Shown here in pieces: positions 61,900 to 64,000 of a DNA stretch of 64,000 nt. The stretch covers positions 10,294,001 to 10,358,000 of the forward strand of contig NC_087249.1 of the NCBI RefSeq assembly GCF_037042905.1, given 5' to 3'. Both the position numbers and the translations under genes were made by a program. Under the pieces are notes generated by a model, which saw only the letters and a list, made by a program, of their open reading frames with translations, was not told the origin of the DNA and did not search any database. Source of the DNA: Lytechinus pictus. Its lineage: Eukaryota. The first letter of the stretch is position 1, and the number at the start of each line of letters is the position of its first letter.

Positions 61900-63520
61900 T
61901 TGTGCTTTCTCTCCCTTTGTTTGCTTCTCATTCCTTTCCTCCAACTCTCCCTCGCTCCGCCATTCTTCTCTCATTCTTCCTCTCCCCTTCTCTCTCCTCC
62001 ATCTCTCACCACCTCTCCTCCATCCATCTCTCACCCTTTCCTCTCCCCGGCCCTCACTTTCTCTATCCTCCAACTGTCTCTCTCTCCCTCCTCCAACAGT
62101 CTCTCAGTACTCCCTCATCCAACCGCCTCATCCCTTCACTTTCTCCCAACCGTCTCTCTCCCTCCTCCCCTCTCCTCCAACCGTATCTCACTCCATCCTC
62201 CCCTCTCCTCCTACCGTCTCTCACTCCCTCCTCCAACTTTCTCACTCCTTCGTCTCTCCTCCAAATATCTCTCACCCCCTCCTCCAACCATCTATCATCC
62301 CCTCTGCTCCCCATCACTTTCTCTAATTCTTTCATTTATACTATCTTTCCTCCGTCTGTCACTCGCTCCTCCCACAATCTCTCACCCCCCAACCATCTCT
62401 CACCCCCTCCCTTTTTTCTCCAACCATCTCTCACCCCCTCCATTTTTTTCTCCAACCATCTCTCACCCCCTCTGCTCCCCTTCACTTTCTCCCATTTCCA
62501 CTCTCTCCACCATCCATCTCTCACCATTCTTCCTCCAGCCATCTCTCACCCAATTCACTTTCTCTCATTCTTTCATCCCCCCATCTCTCTCCCCTTCTCT
62601 CACTCTTTCATCTCCCCTCCAACCATCTCTCACCCCTCACTCCCTATGCCCCCTTCACTTTCCCTCATTCTTTTATCTCACCCTATTACACTATCCCTCA
62701 CTCCCTATGCTCCCCTTCACTTTCTCATTCCTTCATCCCCCTATCTCTCCTCCAACCATCTCTTACCCCCTAACTTTCTCTCATTCTCCCCTATCTCTCC
62801 TCTGTCTCTCGCCCGCTCCTCCTTTTCTTCTCCATTTGTCACTCCCTATGCTCCCCTTCACCTTCTCTCACTCTTTCATCTCCCCTCAAACTGTCCCCAG
62901 CCTCCTCCAATCATCTCTCACCCCCCCCCCTCTGCACCCCTTCACTTTCTCTCACACCCTCCCCCAACCATCACTCCCTCTGCTCCCCTTCCCCCTCCAA
63001 CCATCTCTCACCCACTCCTCCCTTTCTTCTCCAACCATCTCTCATTCCCTATGCTCCTCTTCACTATCTTTCACTTCTACTATCTCTCCTCCATCTCTCA
63101 CCCGCTCCTCCAACAATCTCTCATCCCCCCCTCCGACAATCTTTAACTCCCTATGCTCCTCTTCATTTTCTCCCCCTATCTCTCCTCAAACCATCCCAAC
63201 TCCCTCCTCCAACCATCTCTCACCCCCCTCCTCTGCATCCCTTAACTTTCTCTCTCTCTTTCATCTCCCCCTGGCTACACGGTTTCCTCCATCTCTCTTT
63301 CATTAATTGTATCTCTCTCCCTTCTCTACCCCCGATCATCTCCCTCTCTCTCTCTCCCTCCCTTCTCCCCCACCCCCACCATCTCACGCCTTCCGCTCCC
63401 TCCAACCATCTCTCCCCCTCCCCTAAAACAATATCCCACTCCCTCCTCCCTTTCTCTCTCCCCCTTTAGATACCTCCCTTCCCATTCTCTATCCACGCTT
63501 CTCATTCTCTCTGTTCCACT
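61900..63520. repeat. C/T-rich low-complexity, minisatellite-like tract of about 1.6 kb
   Basis: Recurring ctccaaccatctctcacccc and atgctccccttcactttctc units, very few G. Confidence 0.92.
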
Positions 63521-64000
63521 CCAGTCTAGGGCGTCCTGTCTACCCCCTCTTTATTTGACTTTTCATTAAACTCCAAAACTCTCCAGAAAAAAAACAATCC
63601 ACCATTCTATTGATTAAAAAAACAGTAACACCTTTTAATACAAATATATTGTATGAAGTACATTGTTTTATCTGCTGAAAAACACAGATCTGAGGAATAA
63701 AAAATCCAGATGAAGAAGAGCTGCCAAGTGAGTTGCTTAGTGTATAGGTTAATATAATATCTACTGTCAAGGATTTGATTGCGAGTTTGATGTGTAATGG
63801 TTTTGGTCTTTCATTGATATAAGGGGAGATACAAGTCTTTATATATCTCAAATATTGACAGAAACAACTTTTCATAGTTATACTGGTTTCTGTGTGTGAC
63901 AATGCAATTCAAATACATGGATTCACAACTGCAGTGAGTCGAAATGTATGCCTCCACCATTGTCAGATCTGAAACATATTGAATATTTTATTCTGATATT

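Noticed and set aside
61893..63306. 417-aa and 468-aa ORFs
   Set aside because: They arise from a C/T-rich tract that lacks stop codons. The translations are low-complexity P/S/L with no domain.

Overview
Eukaryotic, AT-rich, repeat-dense genomic DNA. It looks like an invertebrate deuterostome and probably a sea urchin, which I infer only from the repeat and SINE style. I assembled one protein-coding gene by hand. It lies on the minus strand, has 11 coding exons from 56282 to 12195, all introns are GT-AG with consistent phases, and it encodes 425 aa. The product is a voltage-sensor-domain-only membrane protein of the Hv1 (HVCN1)/TMEM266 family. It lacks the Hv1 selectivity Asp and the third S4 Arg, and has a coiled coil, a long disordered tail and a C-terminal TSL motif. 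Intron 1 carries a very young Ty3/Gypsy LTR retrotransposon (47323-51123) with apparently identical 176-bp LTRs, a CAAAA target duplication and a tRNA-Ser primer site. Its single open gag-pol ORF has lost most of the protease and the reverse-transcriptase catalytic core through an in-frame deletion. The rest of the window is tRNA-derived SINEs, many MITEs, a Penelope-type hammerhead-ribozyme relic and low-complexity tracts. Patterns not explained by standard annotation: four CAT...ATG micro-palindromes with 7-bp direct repeats (P-element-like excision scars, one with an empty paralogous site in the window), chains of TA-NNNN-TA palindromes resembling Tc1/mariner footprints, and a tandem repeat that has multiplied the splice acceptor of the S3-S4 exon.
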